Counted from the stretch's first letter, positions 38,409-53,062 are shown. The stretch is DNA of 64,000 bases from Hormiphora californensis (GCA_020137815.1 CM035351.1:4588001-4652000), one strand, 5' to 3'. Made by a program: numbers and translations. The notes: generated by a model from the sequence alone, not told the origin.

Positions 38409-39461
38409 ATGACTGTCGTTATTGATAAAGCACTTGGAACCCTCTCACTCCTATGTCTCGTCCTGGGTACACCCCTAAACCTCTACAGCTTCTACTACTT
38501 CCGAGCAGGGCGTCCTACCCCCACATTCCTAGTCTTCTCGATAGTCTGCCTGACAGATGCCTGGGTGTGTCTCAGCGGTTACCCCTTCATGTTGCTCATG
38601 CTACGGGAGAGAGACCCCGGACCCTTCTCCAACTACACCTTTAGACAGCTGTGGGGTGCAACATGGGACCCCATCATCTATCTCTCGGTCTTCCTCGTCC
38701 TGGTCCAGAGTCTCATCCGGCTGGTAACCATGAGATGGGGAGGTGGGAGGGTGAAGAGGAATCACGTGGTTGCCATGGTTACCATATACGGTGTGTTCCT
38801 TCTACTCCGTTGGGTGGGAGGATTCGCCCTGGGTGACCGATACATCATGAGGCCCGGGGACCCCTTTCCTTATGTCGAGAACAATGCCAGCGATGTCTAT
38901 AAAGATGTGGAGTTGGTGGTGGCTAACATCTCTCTGGCACTACCCGTTCTACCCATTCTACTGTCCTGTGGGTGGACCACCCATCTCTTACTATCAGGAC
39001 GAAAACAGGCCAGTGGAGGGGCGGGGAGGAAGGGCAACAAGAGAACAAGCGCGACAGTCACCGTCCTGTTTTTCACCCTCACCTACATTCTGTGTAACAT
39101 CCCTGTGTTTATCTGCTATGTGAGACACTCCGTTATCGTGTCTACCGGGGGATACCAAACCGGATATGATATTCTGGGACTTAGTGATGATACAGAGCAG
39201 TACCTTTGGGCGATCACCTATATATCTCTAGTTCAGGTTAACGCGCTGGTGAACCCCCTGTTGTATATAACAAGGATGAAAGGATTCAGGAGGCAGTTCA
39301 GGTGTCACCTCATGTTGGGGGGTGTCAGTGGTGAGGTAGGTGCCTCAATGGGGCACACCAGTGAGAGGAGGGATGTTGAGAGAAAGGACATGAGGAGGGA
39401 TGTTGTTCTTGTGGGACCTGGAGCAGCTCCAGCTGTAGCAGTAGCTAGTATAGAGCTGTAA
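38409..39461 (+). CDS. Rhodopsin-class GPCR with intronless CDS
   Basis: LGTPLN, CLTD, QSLIR, LCNIP, VNPLLY; seven hydrophobic segments; acceptor ctgcag ~13 nt upstream of ATG. Confidence 0.9.
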   Translation: MTVVIDKALGTLSLLCLVLGTPLNLYSFYYFRAGRPTPTFLVFSIVCLTDAWVCLSGYPFMLLMLRERDPGPFSNYTFRQLWGATWDPIIYLSVFLVLVQSLIRLVTMRWGGGRVKRNHVVAMVTIYGVFLLLRWVGGFALGDRYIMRPGDPFPYVENNASDVYKDVELVVANISLALPVLPILLSCGWTTHLLLSGRKQASGGAGRKGNKRTSATVTVLFFTLTYILCNIPVFICYVRHSVIVSTGGYQTGYDILGLSDDTEQYLWAITYISLVQVNALVNPLLYITRMKGFRRQFRCHLMLGGVSGEVGASMGHTSERRDVERKDMRRDVVLVGPGAAPAVAVASIEL

Positions 39462-40759
39462 TAGCAGTGGCTGGTGGCTAAAAGAGCCGTATATGTAATA
39501 GCAGTGCCGTAGTTCAAGTGGCTAGTGGAGCTGCAGAAGTGCCTTGTTGATTAGCCGTCGCTAGTGGCTATTGATTAGTTGTTAGTGTAGTAGCAGTGCC
39601 ATGCTCAAGTGAGGTGAGAGTAAAGAGACTGTTGCATACTCTGAATATTGAACCTACCCTATGCTATGAACATGTGAAGAAAGGACATGAAAAAGAAAGA
39701 GAGAAAGTGGAAGTTTTACCCAACTGCTGATCGAGTGAATTTTGTACTGAATTAGAATATTCTATTTTCATTCTATGTTTTTTGAAATTTGTTGTTCGCA
39801 TGTAGGTACATTACCTAATTTAGCGGGATCATTGCAAATAACATCCCATCACGTTCACTAAGTTTAACCACTCCCCACTAACCACTCCCCACTAACCACA
39901 TACAGTATACACTAACCACTCCCCTGGACCTAACCACATAGTACCTGTAACCACGTACCTTGTACAGAGAGGTTATAGGCGCTTATCTCCCGATCCACGT
40001 CTGTCTGCGGGGAGATGACAGGACACATGTTATTATTAGGGGTGAGTATACTTTTTTCCATAAAATAATCGAGTATTTTATGAGAAAATGAAAATAAAGT
40101 AATATTAGGGGGGGGGGGGGGTGATGGCTGTAAACTTGTTGGGTGATAACCAACTAGACATTAGAACTCAAAATACCCTTCAAGATAGATAGTGAGAATG
40201 GGAAAGTAAGCGGTTTTAGGTCATAGCTCAGGCTACTTCCCCTGAGTAGAATGCCCCGCAAAACTTTCCCACCATTACTCGGGCTAGGAATAGGAGAACT
40301 GATTACGCCAGTCATGTATCTTTCTAAGTACAGCAGATATTTTTTACATAACTCTGCCTAGTGGTGGTGGCCGCGGTATTGAATTCATACAAGCATGTAA
40401 ACACGTGTTGCCCCGGGGGGGGGGGGGGGGGGGGTAGCTTTCACAAATCACAGTTTGAGATGGGTATTGGGTGTTTATTGTTTAACCTGGTTTAAAAGTT
40501 GTTGGCACTAGTATTATATCTCCCATCCCAAGCAGTGCAGCAGTGGGTACCACATATTTCACACTTATCGGCAAGTGTGAAATATGTCTTGCTCGACCAC
40601 TTTCACACTGACCACTTTCTCACCGCGCCCCGGTAAAGGAGGGTTAGAATATAACAAGGTAAAGGAGGGAACTATAAATAAATTTCTTTGTAGGTCGGTA
40701 CTGGTTATACTCGCTGATGTTTCAGAAATCATACAAAATTTCCACCATACTCCTAGATC

Positions 40760-43700
40760 ACTGCTATTACCCTCTTGTTCTTTCTAGTACACATCATTTT
40801 CCTCTCTGCCTCTTGTGTGCCGCCCTCGTTGCTTGTGACTTACATTGCATTACCGTGTTCCCTCGGGGGGGGGTGGTGCTGCTGGCCTCTTTGCTTGTCG
40901 ACTCTTGTGTCGCTTCTTGCTTCTCGACCCTCATTCCTCTACACCCTTATATGGTATTGGGTGTTTTTGTATACCCTGGTTTAATTGTTTGGCACTAGAT
41001 TACTCCCTCCCAGCGTGCCGCTCGTGTGACTGCGCATATTTCACCACTTTCTGGCCAAGTTGATATGCTTGCCTCGCTCCACTTTCCGACCCCTCTTGTC
41101 TCTCACCTTCTTGCCTCTCGGCCCTCTGCTTGCTCGCCTTCTTGCTTGGTAGAACTTTCACATGGTCAGGCCATCTGGCTTTCTAGACCCATACAATTGC
41201 TCCCTTTCTCAATGTAGATGTCGGACGTGTCTCCATACTCCGCCCTGGATGTTTCAAAGCTAAACATAGTTGTACCACGCTTACCTTTGCTTCACATCCT
41301 TGCGGCGCTACCTATCTTTGCCTTGCATTCGCACCCGCTCCCCTACCCCCCGGTTTACAACATTACGATCGTAACTTAGTGACATTTTAATTGATAATTT
41401 AACATGGTGCGCTACCGTTTAGGGATCGCTTGGCCCATTAGGCCACTGTCTCTATATCGGTCGTCTTCTAATCGGGGTAATAGTCAATTTCCTTATGGGG
41501 AAAATTTCCTGAAATTGGGGTCATAATGGGGGCCTAAATGTTCCTGCGTAATTGGTGGATATTTACCTTGCATTTTTCATGTGCTCGCGAGTCGCGATTC
41601 TTGGAATAGGCCCACTTCCCGGTACGGGGACAGTACAAATAATATTCCAAGATTTTACAGGGTATATCTGGGCCAGGGTATTATGTTAAATTCTAGTAGA
41701 GTATAACATGCATCAGTTTTTTCTCGCGCCCTCTCCGCGTCCTTAGTGTCACCGAAGGCTATGTTGGGCCCTTTGTGAAACTACGAAACTCCCAATGCCC
41801 CTTGTTTGCCCCCAGTACCTTCTCGGCCCGGCACTGGTCATCCTGGTCACACCTGGATTCAGTTATTCATTCTCATTATAACATACCTCGTGGGTGTTGA
41901 ATTTAGGACAAAACTGTATCATTCCAACAACACTCTGAGGGCTGGGAGTTACACAAACAACGTTCTTGTCCATCACTATCTCGTCAACTTGCTCCTGAAA
42001 TTAGAGACACAGTGTTAGAACACAACTTGCTCCTGAAATCAGAGACACTGTGTTAGAACACATCAACTTGCTCCTGAAATCAGAGACACAGTGTTAGAAC
42101 ACATCAACTTGCTCCTGAAATCAGAGACACAGTGTTAGAACACATCAACTTGCTCCTGAAATTAGAGACACTGTGTTAGAACACATCAACTTGCTCCTGA
42201 AATTAGAGACACTGTGTTAGAACACAACTTGCTCCTGAAATCAGAGACACTGTATTAGAACACATCAACTTGCTCCTGAAATCAGAGACACTGTGTTAGA
42301 ACACAACTTGCTCCTGAAATTAGAGACACTGTGTTAGAACACAACTTGCTCCTGAAATTAGAGACACTGTGTTAGAACACAACTTGCTCCTGAAATCAGA
42401 GACACTGTGTTAGAACACATCAACTTGCTCCTGAAATCAGAGACACAGTGTTAGAACACAACTTGCTCCTGAAATTAGAGACACTGTGTTAGAACACATC
42501 AACTTGCTCCTGAAATCAGAGACACAGTGTTAGAACACATCAACTTGCTCCTGAAATCAGAGACACAGTGTTAGAACACATCAACTTGCTCCTGAAATCA
42601 GAGACACTGTGTTAGAACACATCAACTTGCTCCTGAAATCAGAGACACAGTGTTAGAACACAACTTTCTCCTGAAATCAGAGACACTGTGTTAGAACACA
42701 TCAACTTGCTCCTGAAATCAGAGACACAGTTTTAGAACACATCAACTTTCTCCTGAAATTAGAGACAATGTGTTAGAACACATCAACTTGCTCCTGAAAT
42801 TAGAGACACTGTGTTAGAACACATCAACTTGCTCCTGAAATCAGAGACACTGTGTTAGAACACAACTTGCTCCTGAAATCAGAGACACTGTGTTAGAACA
42901 CAACTTGCTCCTGAAATCAGAGACACAGTGTTAGAACACATCAACTTGCTCCTGAAATCAGAGACACTGTGTTAGAACACATCTTGCTCCTGAAATCAGA
43001 GACACAGTGTTAGAACACATCAACTTGCTCCTGAAATCAGAGACACAGTGTTAGAACACATCAACTTGCTCCTGAAATCAGAGACACAGTGTTAGAACAC
43101 ATCTTGCTCCTGAAATCAGAGACACAGTGTTAGAACACATCAACTTGCTCCTGAAATCAGAGACACTGTGTTAGAACACATCAACTTGCTCCTGAAATTA
43201 GAGACACAGTGTTAGAACACATCAACTTGCTCCTGAAATCAGAGACACTGTGTTAGAACACATCAACTTGCTCCTGAAATCAGAGACACAGTGTTAGAAC
43301 ACATCAACTTGCTCCTGAAATCAGAGACACAGTGTTAGAACACAACTTGCTCCTGAAATCAGAGACACAGTGTTAGAACACATCAACTTGCTCCTGAAAT
43401 CAGAGACACAGTGTTAGAACACATCAACTTGCTCCTGAAATTAGAGACACAGTGTTAGAACACATCAACTTGCTCCTGAAATCAGAGACACAGTGTTAGA
43501 ACACATCAACTTGCTCCTGAAATCAGAGACACAGTGTTAGAACACATCAACTTGCTCCTGAAATCAGAGACACAGTGTTAGAACACATCAACTTGCTCCT
43601 GAAATCAGAGACACAGTGTTAGAACACATCAACTTGCTCCTGAAATCAGAGACACAGTGTTAGAACACAACTTGCTCCTGAAATCAGAGACACTGTGTTA

Positions 43701-45606
43701 GAACACAACTTGCTCCTGAAATCAGAGACACAGTGTTAGAACACATCAACTTGCTCCTGAAATCAGAGACACTGTGTTAGAACACAACTTGCTCCTGAAA
43801 TTAGAGACACAGTGTTAGAACACATCAACTTGCTCCTGAAATCAGAGACACTGTGTTAGAACACAACTTGCTCCTGAAATTCAGAGACACATGTGTTAGA
43901 ACACATCAACTTGCTCCTGAAATCAGAGACACTGTGTTAGAACACATCAACTTGCTCCTGAAATCAGAGACACAGTGTTAGAACACAACTTGCTCCTGAA
44001 ATTCAGAGACACAGTGTTAGAACATCAACTTGCTCCTGAAATCAGAGACACATGTGTTAGAACACATCAACTTGCTCCTGAAATCAGAGACACATGTGTT
44101 AGAACACAACTTGCTCCTGAAATTAGAGACACAGTGTTAGAACACATCAACTTGCTCCTGAAATCAGAGACACAGTGTTAGAACACATCAACTTGCTCCT
44201 CGAGACTGGTGTGTTAGGAGACATCTGTCTTGGCGGCGACAGATCCCGTTTTGGTTCTCAACAGTACGCTCATATCGGATCGGTGCCGTCAGACAATTCA
44301 ATGACACATTGAATGGGATTGAATGGGATTCTGAGACTCTCAGAATCTGAGAGTTGTGTCATGACACACCATCAAAGAGGACAATATGGCTGGTATAGGG
44401 AGAACGAGGGGAAATTGAAAGTCAAACAGTAGCACTAGCGTGCGGAACAGTATAGAACCTATTCTGAAACAGCTCTCTACCCTCTGTAATGCATCATATA
44501 ATTGGCCTAAAACAGTTCTCTTTTACCTGTGGAAGTTGGGTCATCTGTTCAAGGTGCTCCTCAGTCAGGAGAACTGCAACGGTGTCACCTGTAAAAATAG
44601 CAGCTGATAAATTAGTTGATTAAGTAGGGCCGGTAGTTGGGGAAGAAGGAGGTAGTCATGATGGGAGAAGCGGGTATTTGGGGCAGGGGGTAGTTGGGGG
44701 AACAATCATGATGATGACCACATGTCTGATTTTAGAGAAATTGAGTAGGTGGAGGAGAGTAGCGGGGAGCTCGGCGTGACGTAAAAGGTATGTTATAATA
44801 ATACTGAGAACTGAGAAGGCACAATGCCAAATGATGTGAATAACGGCCAAACGAGGATAAATTTGTCAGATTTACCCTTCCTCTCCCGCTAAGTCTAGTA
44901 CCCCCTCTTCTTCTTTCTCTCCCTCCCACTAATCCATGTCTCTCCCTTCCACCTACTGCCTATCCATTTCTCTCCCTATCTATCTACAATAGCTTGTTCT
45001 TACCTGTGTTACAGTATTTGTCAGTTAGATACTGAAGAACTCGGGGTAGCATGGTGTAGCACCTCTGGGAACTCTCCCAATCGTCAATTCTGAGAAAAGG
45101 AATATGCTGCTTTTTTGAAACATATTTTACTAGGGCGTGTTATAATATGGACTGAGAAAATATAATACAGTCGGACCCCGATTTACCGGGATGCTCAGGG
45201 GGAGAGGGTTTTGCCCGGTAAATCAGGGCCCAGTAAAACAGGGTCCGACTGTATAGAGATAAGTGGATCAGTGATCACTGTTAGACAGCTCATTGATAGA
45301 CCGAGACGGGATATATTAGAAGATATATGCGAAATGAACGGGAAGGTTATTGGAGAAGGTAGGAAAAGAAAAATGCTAAACATGAAATAAATTGCGTAAT
45401 AGATAATAATCTTGTGGGGGGGGGGGCAAATCTATCCAACATTCAGACCCCGGCATTGCTTTGTACTTTCCAGTCACGTTGTGATTTTCACCCCTTCTCC
45501 TAGATATTATATGTGTGTTTCTCTGCAGCATCGCCAGCACTTCTGATGTTGCAGGAGCTGAGTAGAATTTAGCTGTACTGGTCCACAAATCAACTTGTTT
45601 TTCCAC
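40760..45606 (-). CDS. Unidentified multi-exon gene, error-rich
   Basis: AG/GT-bounded open exons at ~45089-45004 (IDDWESSQRCYTMLPRVLQYLTDKYCNT), 44588-44527 (DTVAVLLTEEHLEQMTQLPQ) and 41994-41887 (EQVDEIVMDKNVVCVTPSPQSVVGMIQFCPKFNTHE). Other exons are frameshifted; limits uncertain. Confidence 0.4.
41985..44199 (-). repeat. 2.2-kb satellite, ~55 copies of a 38/41-bp unit that is a complete 3' splice site
   Basis: Minus-strand unit GATGTGTTCTAACACTGTGTCTCTGATTTCAG|GAGCAAGTT. No unique spacers. Confidence 0.95.
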
Positions 45607-45756
45607 TCTCTGTTATCAAGATCCCCCTCTTTGATCTTTAATCCCCCCCGCTATCTGTCCTAGCCGGATCTACAGAGTTCCAGACGCGGGGTAGTGGAGG
45701 TCTGCTTACTTTTTTAGATAAGACGCGTTCCTCCAATTAGAGGAAATACCCAAGGA

Positions 45757-45794
<38 letters not shown>

Positions 45795-46442
45795 GACGAT
45801 ATAGAGAGAGCAGAGAGAGAGAGGACGAAGAGAGTTAATCAGGAACTGATTTGTGTACATTCTACATGACGCTCCTCTCTACGACTCACGAATCACGTCA
45901 TTTATCATTTCTCATATCTCTCGTCATCGTCTCTCTCTCTCTCTTCTCTCTTCCTCTTCTTCTCTCGTCTCTTCATGCCTCCTTTCCTTCCTGCTCTCAT
46001 CTACCTACTGTTCTCTCCCTCTCATTTTTCTCATCTTTGATTGCTTGACATCAAATTTCTGAACTAACCTTAACTTCAAGATTGTTTATTGTTCAATTTT
46101 ACCATTTTCTCATTTGCTTTCTTATGCTTGACCTAACCTTCATGTCTAGTTAACTAACCGTATTGTTAGTTATGATTCAATTTTACCCTTTCTCTCCAAT
46201 TTGCTGTCTTTCACTGGTGATTGCATTGTTGACATTAGGTTGGTAGGTATTCCGATCCAAATGCAATGGATGCATGTGTGTAATCCTGCAATTCCTGAAA
46301 CCTATTATAATAATGACCCGATTTATACCCCCCCGATTACCCTCAGGGAACATATTTGTTTTAATTTTGCACTTTGTATACATTCTTCCAAAAAATAAAA
46401 AATGCAATGATAGCATGTTTCCATGATGGATATTCCATAATT

Positions 46443-46542
46443 NNNNNNNNNNNNNNNNNNNNNNNNNNNNNNNNNNNNNNNNNNNNNNNNNNNNNNNNNN
46501 NNNNNNNNNNNNNNNNNNNNNNNNNNNNNNNNNNNNNNNNNN
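46443..46542. other. Assembly gap (100 N)
   Basis: Run of N. Confidence 1.
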
Positions 46543-46904
46543 CCCCCCATACAAACAAGATATGAATGGAGGTTCAGTATCGGATCTACCAGGCCGGGAG
46601 AACATGTGCGGTATCTTTGGGTGGAAACCGAGATTTCTACAGGTATAAGGATTGGTGACATAGACACCTGGCGCGACCGAGATTAAGCTCACAGGTGTCT
46701 ATGTCACCAAGTATAAGGAGTGATATTATATACGTGATGTCTTATGATTCTTGATACCCCACCAATAATTCCTAATATTATAAGCAGTCCCTGGTACCAC
46801 CAAACCACAGTACCCGAGTGCAACAGTGCAATTTCGCGGTTACTAACCACTTGTTACTTACTCACTAATTACCTAACCACTAATTATTATTCCCATCCAC
46901 CTAG

Positions 46905-49444
46905 GTGTTCAATAGGCCAGCTACCTTTGTCCTCCTCTACTCCCTCACAGTATGCCTGTTCTCAGTTACTATTGGCATGAACAACTTCCTCATTCCTGAT
47001 CTTCAGAACATCTTTAATCTATCCTCAAAACAGATAGGTACCATTAGAATTGTTTAGTGTTCTTAGAATTCAAATCCCGTGGGATTGGAAAGTATTCGAG
47101 ACAATACAACATTTGGATATCCATGATTTACCACCCAGCCATTTCAGATTCCCTCTCTATAATGAACACTTCCGGCAGGTATGATATTGATATCTAACGA
47201 CATATCAGGACTCCTGCTATCCTACACTATAGGCCACTTTGCCAGTAAAGGGAAAATCAGGTGGATTGGCTTTGGAGTTGTTCTCTCTGTCGTGGCATGT
47301 GCTATGGAGAGCGGAACTCAGCTCTTTGTAGAGGTACGTACGGTTATAGATGAGATCGAGAGAGAAAAGTCTCGGGAACTAAAGAGCAACAAGAATATAA
47401 AATCCCAATTCATCCCTCTCCCAACCATGATTTGATTTATCTGTCTTACTCTCTAATCTACAGCTACCGGAAGTAATGAATGAGACAGTGGAAGCTAGTA
47501 GTATGTGTCACGACCAGCAGCCCGACACCCTAGAAGGTGGGGATGGTGGTGTGATACACTTTGCAGCTAGGAACAACCCTCTCTGGTGGATACTATTTTT
47601 CGGGGGAATTGTACAGGTATAGTTAGCATTACTCACTGCAGTAAGAGGGCACACCCTTGGCCACATTGATACCTGAGTGAGATACCTGAGTGAGATCGAC
47701 GTCGCCCACGACTGAGATCGAGAATAGGTTGCAATGGATCCAAGTCACACCCCTACTTGATAGACCTCTCACATTCATTAGAAGTAATGAGACCACTTTA
47801 GTTCACTTAAACACTCACACTTCACAGTTCCACATATATCTTCAACCTGAACCCTGTACTATATCTCTTTCTCTTCTCTGTTCAGGGCATAGGAAATACA
47901 CCACTCCAAATCCAATATCTCTCTCTTTCCTCTGTTCAGGGCATAGGAAATACACCACTTCAAATCTGTGGGCCGACCTACATCGATGAGATCCTATCGG
48001 AGAAGAAACTTGGCATCGCAGTGGCTGTTTCCCAGATTCTCCAACTCCTAGGCTTCTCTATTTCCTTCATTTTCGGGGCCTCCATAATGAAGTACTATGT
48101 CACCCTTGGCGCCCCACCCCCGGGTGTGACACCTTCCAGTAGCCACTGGGTCGGGGCCTGGTGGTTGGGGTACTTCATACCAGGGGTTTTGTTGTGTATC
48201 GTGGGGCCGCCTCTCATGCTGTTCCCAGCACAGAGCCCTGCTGCCCTGAAGGTGCTGGAGAAGAAGATTGAGAAGGGGCAAACGAGTTTAAAGGAGAAGG
48301 AAACGGAGCTGAAGAGGTCATTCGTTGAACAGGTTAGACTAGAGGGCAGGTTTTAGGGTCTTATACTCACCTGCAGGTTTTAGCAGGGTTAGTGTGAAAC
48401 TGTTATGAACTATTTAGCTCATAACTGACAACTGTCTCTACTAGAGACTGATCGAAGATTAATACATAATTATGTATTATATCAGTGATCAAGGTGCAAA
48501 CAGCATCGAAAACAGAACTACTATTTTTCAGTTCAGGGACGTAAAGCCGACACTACGGAGGCTGGTAAAGAACTGGGGTCTTGTGTTCATCATTCTGGGC
48601 GAGTCTCTAAGCAGTATCTTCCACTCATCAATGCCTTTTGATGTCAAACTACATGCAATTATGTTCAGGTAAAAAACACCTGGCCTCAGCTCCCCCAAAT
48701 ATAAAATAAAGATTAGAGAACCATGCCAATACCAAACAACTGAAATTTTAAAACTTGGTTTTCCCTTTCCCTGGGGCCCACACTGTGTGGATTTTGGGTA
48801 AGGAACAGTTACTAAGCCCTAAATGTAGGAGGGGCAACTCAACAACACAATTTACAATTACTAAGATCTCTGCTGCAGAAGTCCCCTCCAGCTAGCTACT
48901 ATATGCGATACATACTGTTTAGCAATTTCATGGCGCTGTGATTAGCATGTTACACGCTGTTTAAAACAAAACTGTATCATTTACTAGATTGACCGCTCTG
49001 TAAATAATATATTATATCTCTCTCCCTCACTCTTACTACCCCAATATCCCTCTCCCTCACTCTCACTACCCCAATATCTCTCCCTCACTCACCATCCCAA
49101 TATCTCTCACTCTTACTATCCCAATATCCCTCTCCCTAACTCTCACTACCCCAATATCTCTCTCCCCACTATCCCAATATCTCTCTCCCTCACTATCCCA
49201 ATATCCCTCACTCTCACTATCTCACTACCCCATTTCCCCAACCTCCCTCTCTCCAAGGATCGGTGTGCCAGAGACGGGTCTACTGCTTGGAACGTTCCGG
49301 ACCATATCAACTGTTGTTGGTATAGCTACTGGAGGGTATCTAGCAACAAAGCTCAATCTTGGAGGTAAGCACCACCTATAGACAAGGAGGGATCTGATTG
49401 ATGCGCATGAACGCATAAAGCGTGAGAGAGAGAGGGGAGAGAGA

Positions 49445-49517
<73 letters not shown>

Positions 49518-49819
49518 GAGAGAGAGAGAGAGGAGAAAGTTCGAGACGGAGCATAAAATCAAAGGTATATTATATCGATCAGTTCAATTGACAAAGTCGA
49601 GACGTGGCGACCGTAAAGCACAAAGAGAGAGAGAGAGAGGGAGAAAGAGAGACAACAAGCATCGTACACACGCGCAAAAACAATTATATCCCCCGGACCA
49701 CAATGTTTCTAGCATCGTCTCTCTCGGCGGTATACATACTCTCGTCACTATGATATTATATCATGCTTGAAACCCATCTCTCTCTCACTCTCACTCTCTC
49801 ATATACAATCGGATCTTCG

Positions 49820-49915
<96 letters not shown>

Positions 49916-50792
49916 TGCCTAACCGATCTGCTACCCCCTGCCAGGCCGCCGAGGAATCGTGTATATAATCGTCATTCAGATCATTACCTTGCCGTTCAAT
50001 CTGGTTACCCTTCTCCACTGCTCACAGGATACCGTCGTGGGCATGGATGTACCTTACACCACACACAATACACTTGGGTAAGGTGCAATTTATTCCGGGA
50101 TTACACCCTGTCTGACAAAAAAGGGGACACGACAAATCTACATTGGGATGTAGTTCTCCTACCGAGCGCTACGAGGGCGACCCAAGTAACCAAATATGGT
50201 TGTATCATCGTGCACTACAATAACACCATGTAATTTCTACCTGCAGGAACCTAACCGCGGATTGTAATATGAACTGTCATTGTACAACAGGATTCTATGA
50301 TGCAGTGTGCGACACAAACACCATGACGACCTACTTCTCCCCCTGCCACGCCGGTTGTTGGCAGCATGAAACGGTAATTGTTCCAACCTTTACAGAATTT
50401 GTTATAACCCTCCTTTACAGAGCTTGTAAAAAGAGGCCTTCGCGGTGAGACGAGGGTCGGGCAAAGCATGTAATGGTACTAAACGCATCAATTTCTCTAA
50501 ATTATTGTACCTCCTGTCTCGGACAATTACTTCCTCAATCAAATCCCCGAAACCTGGACTTTTGCTTATCAGTACAAAGTAGGCCCAAAAGTAAAAAACA
50601 ACTAGCGCCCACGCCATCACAAAGAGGAGATCGATGTTATCGGAAACAAAGACGAGACACCTCTCAAAGGTTATCCGCTATCGGAAAAAAGAAGATCTAT
50701 ATCTCAATGGGGATCTAACAAGAGTTCTTAAAAAAGAAACGGATAGAGTCAGCCAGTGGCATGCACAGCTCGACACACATAAGTGTCTTTCT

Positions 50793-50870
<78 letters not shown>

Positions 50871-52409
50871 TCTCTCTCCCCTCTCTCTACTCTCTAGCTA
50901 TTAAGATATTTTAACTTGTGTGGTGGAGCACCGTTGTTGCAATGCTGTGGTAGTGCAGGACATTACACGATCCCTTAGTTCTTACCGCTAAAATAATAAG
51001 CAGCATATGTAGCGGGTATATGTAGTAGAGGATTAATCAGATATATCAAGGAGATATATCAATCATTTAAAATGATAGACATTTGATAGCCAAGCGAGAT
51101 GGATCTACGGAAAAATGACCTCATACAGCTGTACACGAGCTGTGATACCGATAGGAAACTAAAAAAGAGAAAAGCTCAGAAAAGATGCCGAGTGTACCTG
51201 TATGTTTGGGCAAACCGATTTGGCCAATCGAATTGACATTGATATGATTTAGGTGTGCCACCCCTCCCTCCCTGTTAGAGCACCACACACAACCAACCAA
51301 CTTGTTCTCCCCAGACACATATCTCCCTTTTTATCCTATTCGCGAGTCATTACTGAAACCTCCCGATCAATACCTCATAAGCACAAGGGATTATTTCTTA
51401 ATCAAATACACAACCATACCTCACTTAAATCATAATCTCCCTCCCTAAAACTCACAATCCCCCGATCCCCATCCCTCATTAACACCATAATCCCCCTCCC
51501 TAGAACGAGACAGGTACGTTCTACTGGGGCTGTGAGTGCAACCCAGACGCCGTCCTTACCTCGGGGCCCTGTCCAGCGGAGGAGAGGTGTAGTGACAAGA
51601 AGTGGTTTGTGATAGTGGCCAACCAACTCGTCTCCATCTTGATCTACATCAGCTTCTTTCCCACCCTGCAGATTGTGTACCTTCGGTTAGTATCATGGGT
51701 ATCTAGGGTTGGTGGGGAAAGGGGCGGTGGAGTTGGTGGGCGAATGGGCGGTGGAGTTGGCGGACAAACTGTCAGGCCAATGCTCTGACCACTGCAGTTC
51801 TTGCGAGAGAAATGAGAATAGGGTCAGCCAATGCTCTGACAGTGGACAAAGGGGCAAGGGAGGTTTAGGGAACGAAAGAATACGGTGGTAAACTTTCTAA
51901 TCGAATCATCCCAAATTATCAGGATTGTGCCAGAGTTGGACCGGTCAGCAGCCATGGGAATCCGGCAGTTTATGACCCGGACATTTGGGTATGTCCTGGG
52001 TCCTCTCATATTTGGTGCGATCATTGACAGCTATTGTAGCTTGTGGAGAAATGGAGATCTAGGGACGGGGAGCTGCCACATATACGATCTTGACACGTAA
52101 GTAAACACGAGGGAATTCGAATTGACAGTGAACTGACAGTGATGAGCATTGAGCGGGAGATTGTTCTTTCCCCAATACCCATGGCGTATAACTACCTCTC
52201 TCAGAATGATAAAGACGATCATAGGATCCCAAATGGCCCTCCGGACGGGATCTATTCTGTGTTATTGTGCAGGGTGGTGGTTCTATGACATGTCACAGAC
52301 GGACAAGGGTGACTACGAGCTGGTGGAGAAGGCCCCACCACCTGGTAGAGATGATACGAGATTGAAGGGGGAGGAGAAGGGTAATGGTAATCCAAATGAT
52401 GGATCCTAG
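46905..52409 (+). CDS. Organic anion transporting polypeptide (SLCO/OATP); ~11 exons, start not resolved
   Basis: FNLSSKQIG; GIGNTPLQICGPTYIDE; HWVGAWWLGY; Kazal-like DCNMNCHC...YDAVC...TYFSPCHAGC; RIVPELDRSAAMGIRQFMTRTFGYVLGPLIFGAIIDSYCSLW...GSCHIYD. Confidence 0.92.
49015..49245 (+). repeat. Degenerate ~25-29-bp pyrimidine-rich tandem repeat just upstream of an SLCO acceptor
   Basis: Units like TACTACCCCAATATCTCTCTCCCTCACTC ending before ctccaag at ~49257. Confidence 0.8.
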
Positions 52410-52735
52410 TGGGATCATTCAGAGACATTCAGAGACAGTGAAATAGGAATAATATCTGGGATGGTCAGCGCGAAATAGACACATTATAGTTTGTAGGGAA
52501 AGATAATATATTGATCTGGCGAGACAGAGACCCTAATTTACTATGACGTATTTACCGTCTCAGTTACTATCTATAGGGACAGGATAATTATTAGCAGGCC
52601 TTGTGATATTTCCTTTGTTTTATCCAATATGTGTTTGCTAGAAAACTTCCGAACCAAGACACCGTAATTTTTGTGGTGATGCTCTTTGTTCCCTACGCCA
52701 TACACCTGCCGTGAAGACGGGACCTGGCGCTGAGA

Positions 52736-52854
<119 letters not shown>

Positions 52855-53062
52855 AGATGGAGCGGTAGCTCGTACTCACGTCTCACTTAGTATACAGCTG
52901 CGCCAGACCACCGGTGTGAAGGCGAGAGAATGAAGTAACGAATATACAAGGAACCAAGAAGGAGAGAATTAGGTTGACGAGAGGGGTATATGAGGGTAGT
53001 AAAAAGAAGAGTCGACCTAGTAGTAGAGCCAGCTGCACAGGCCACAGATCACAGTTCCGAAA

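Noticed and set aside
41985-44199. CRISPR-like regular array
   Set aside because: No unique spacers and no cas genes; eukaryotic satellite. The same applies to the 23.7-kb and 58.6-kb arrays.
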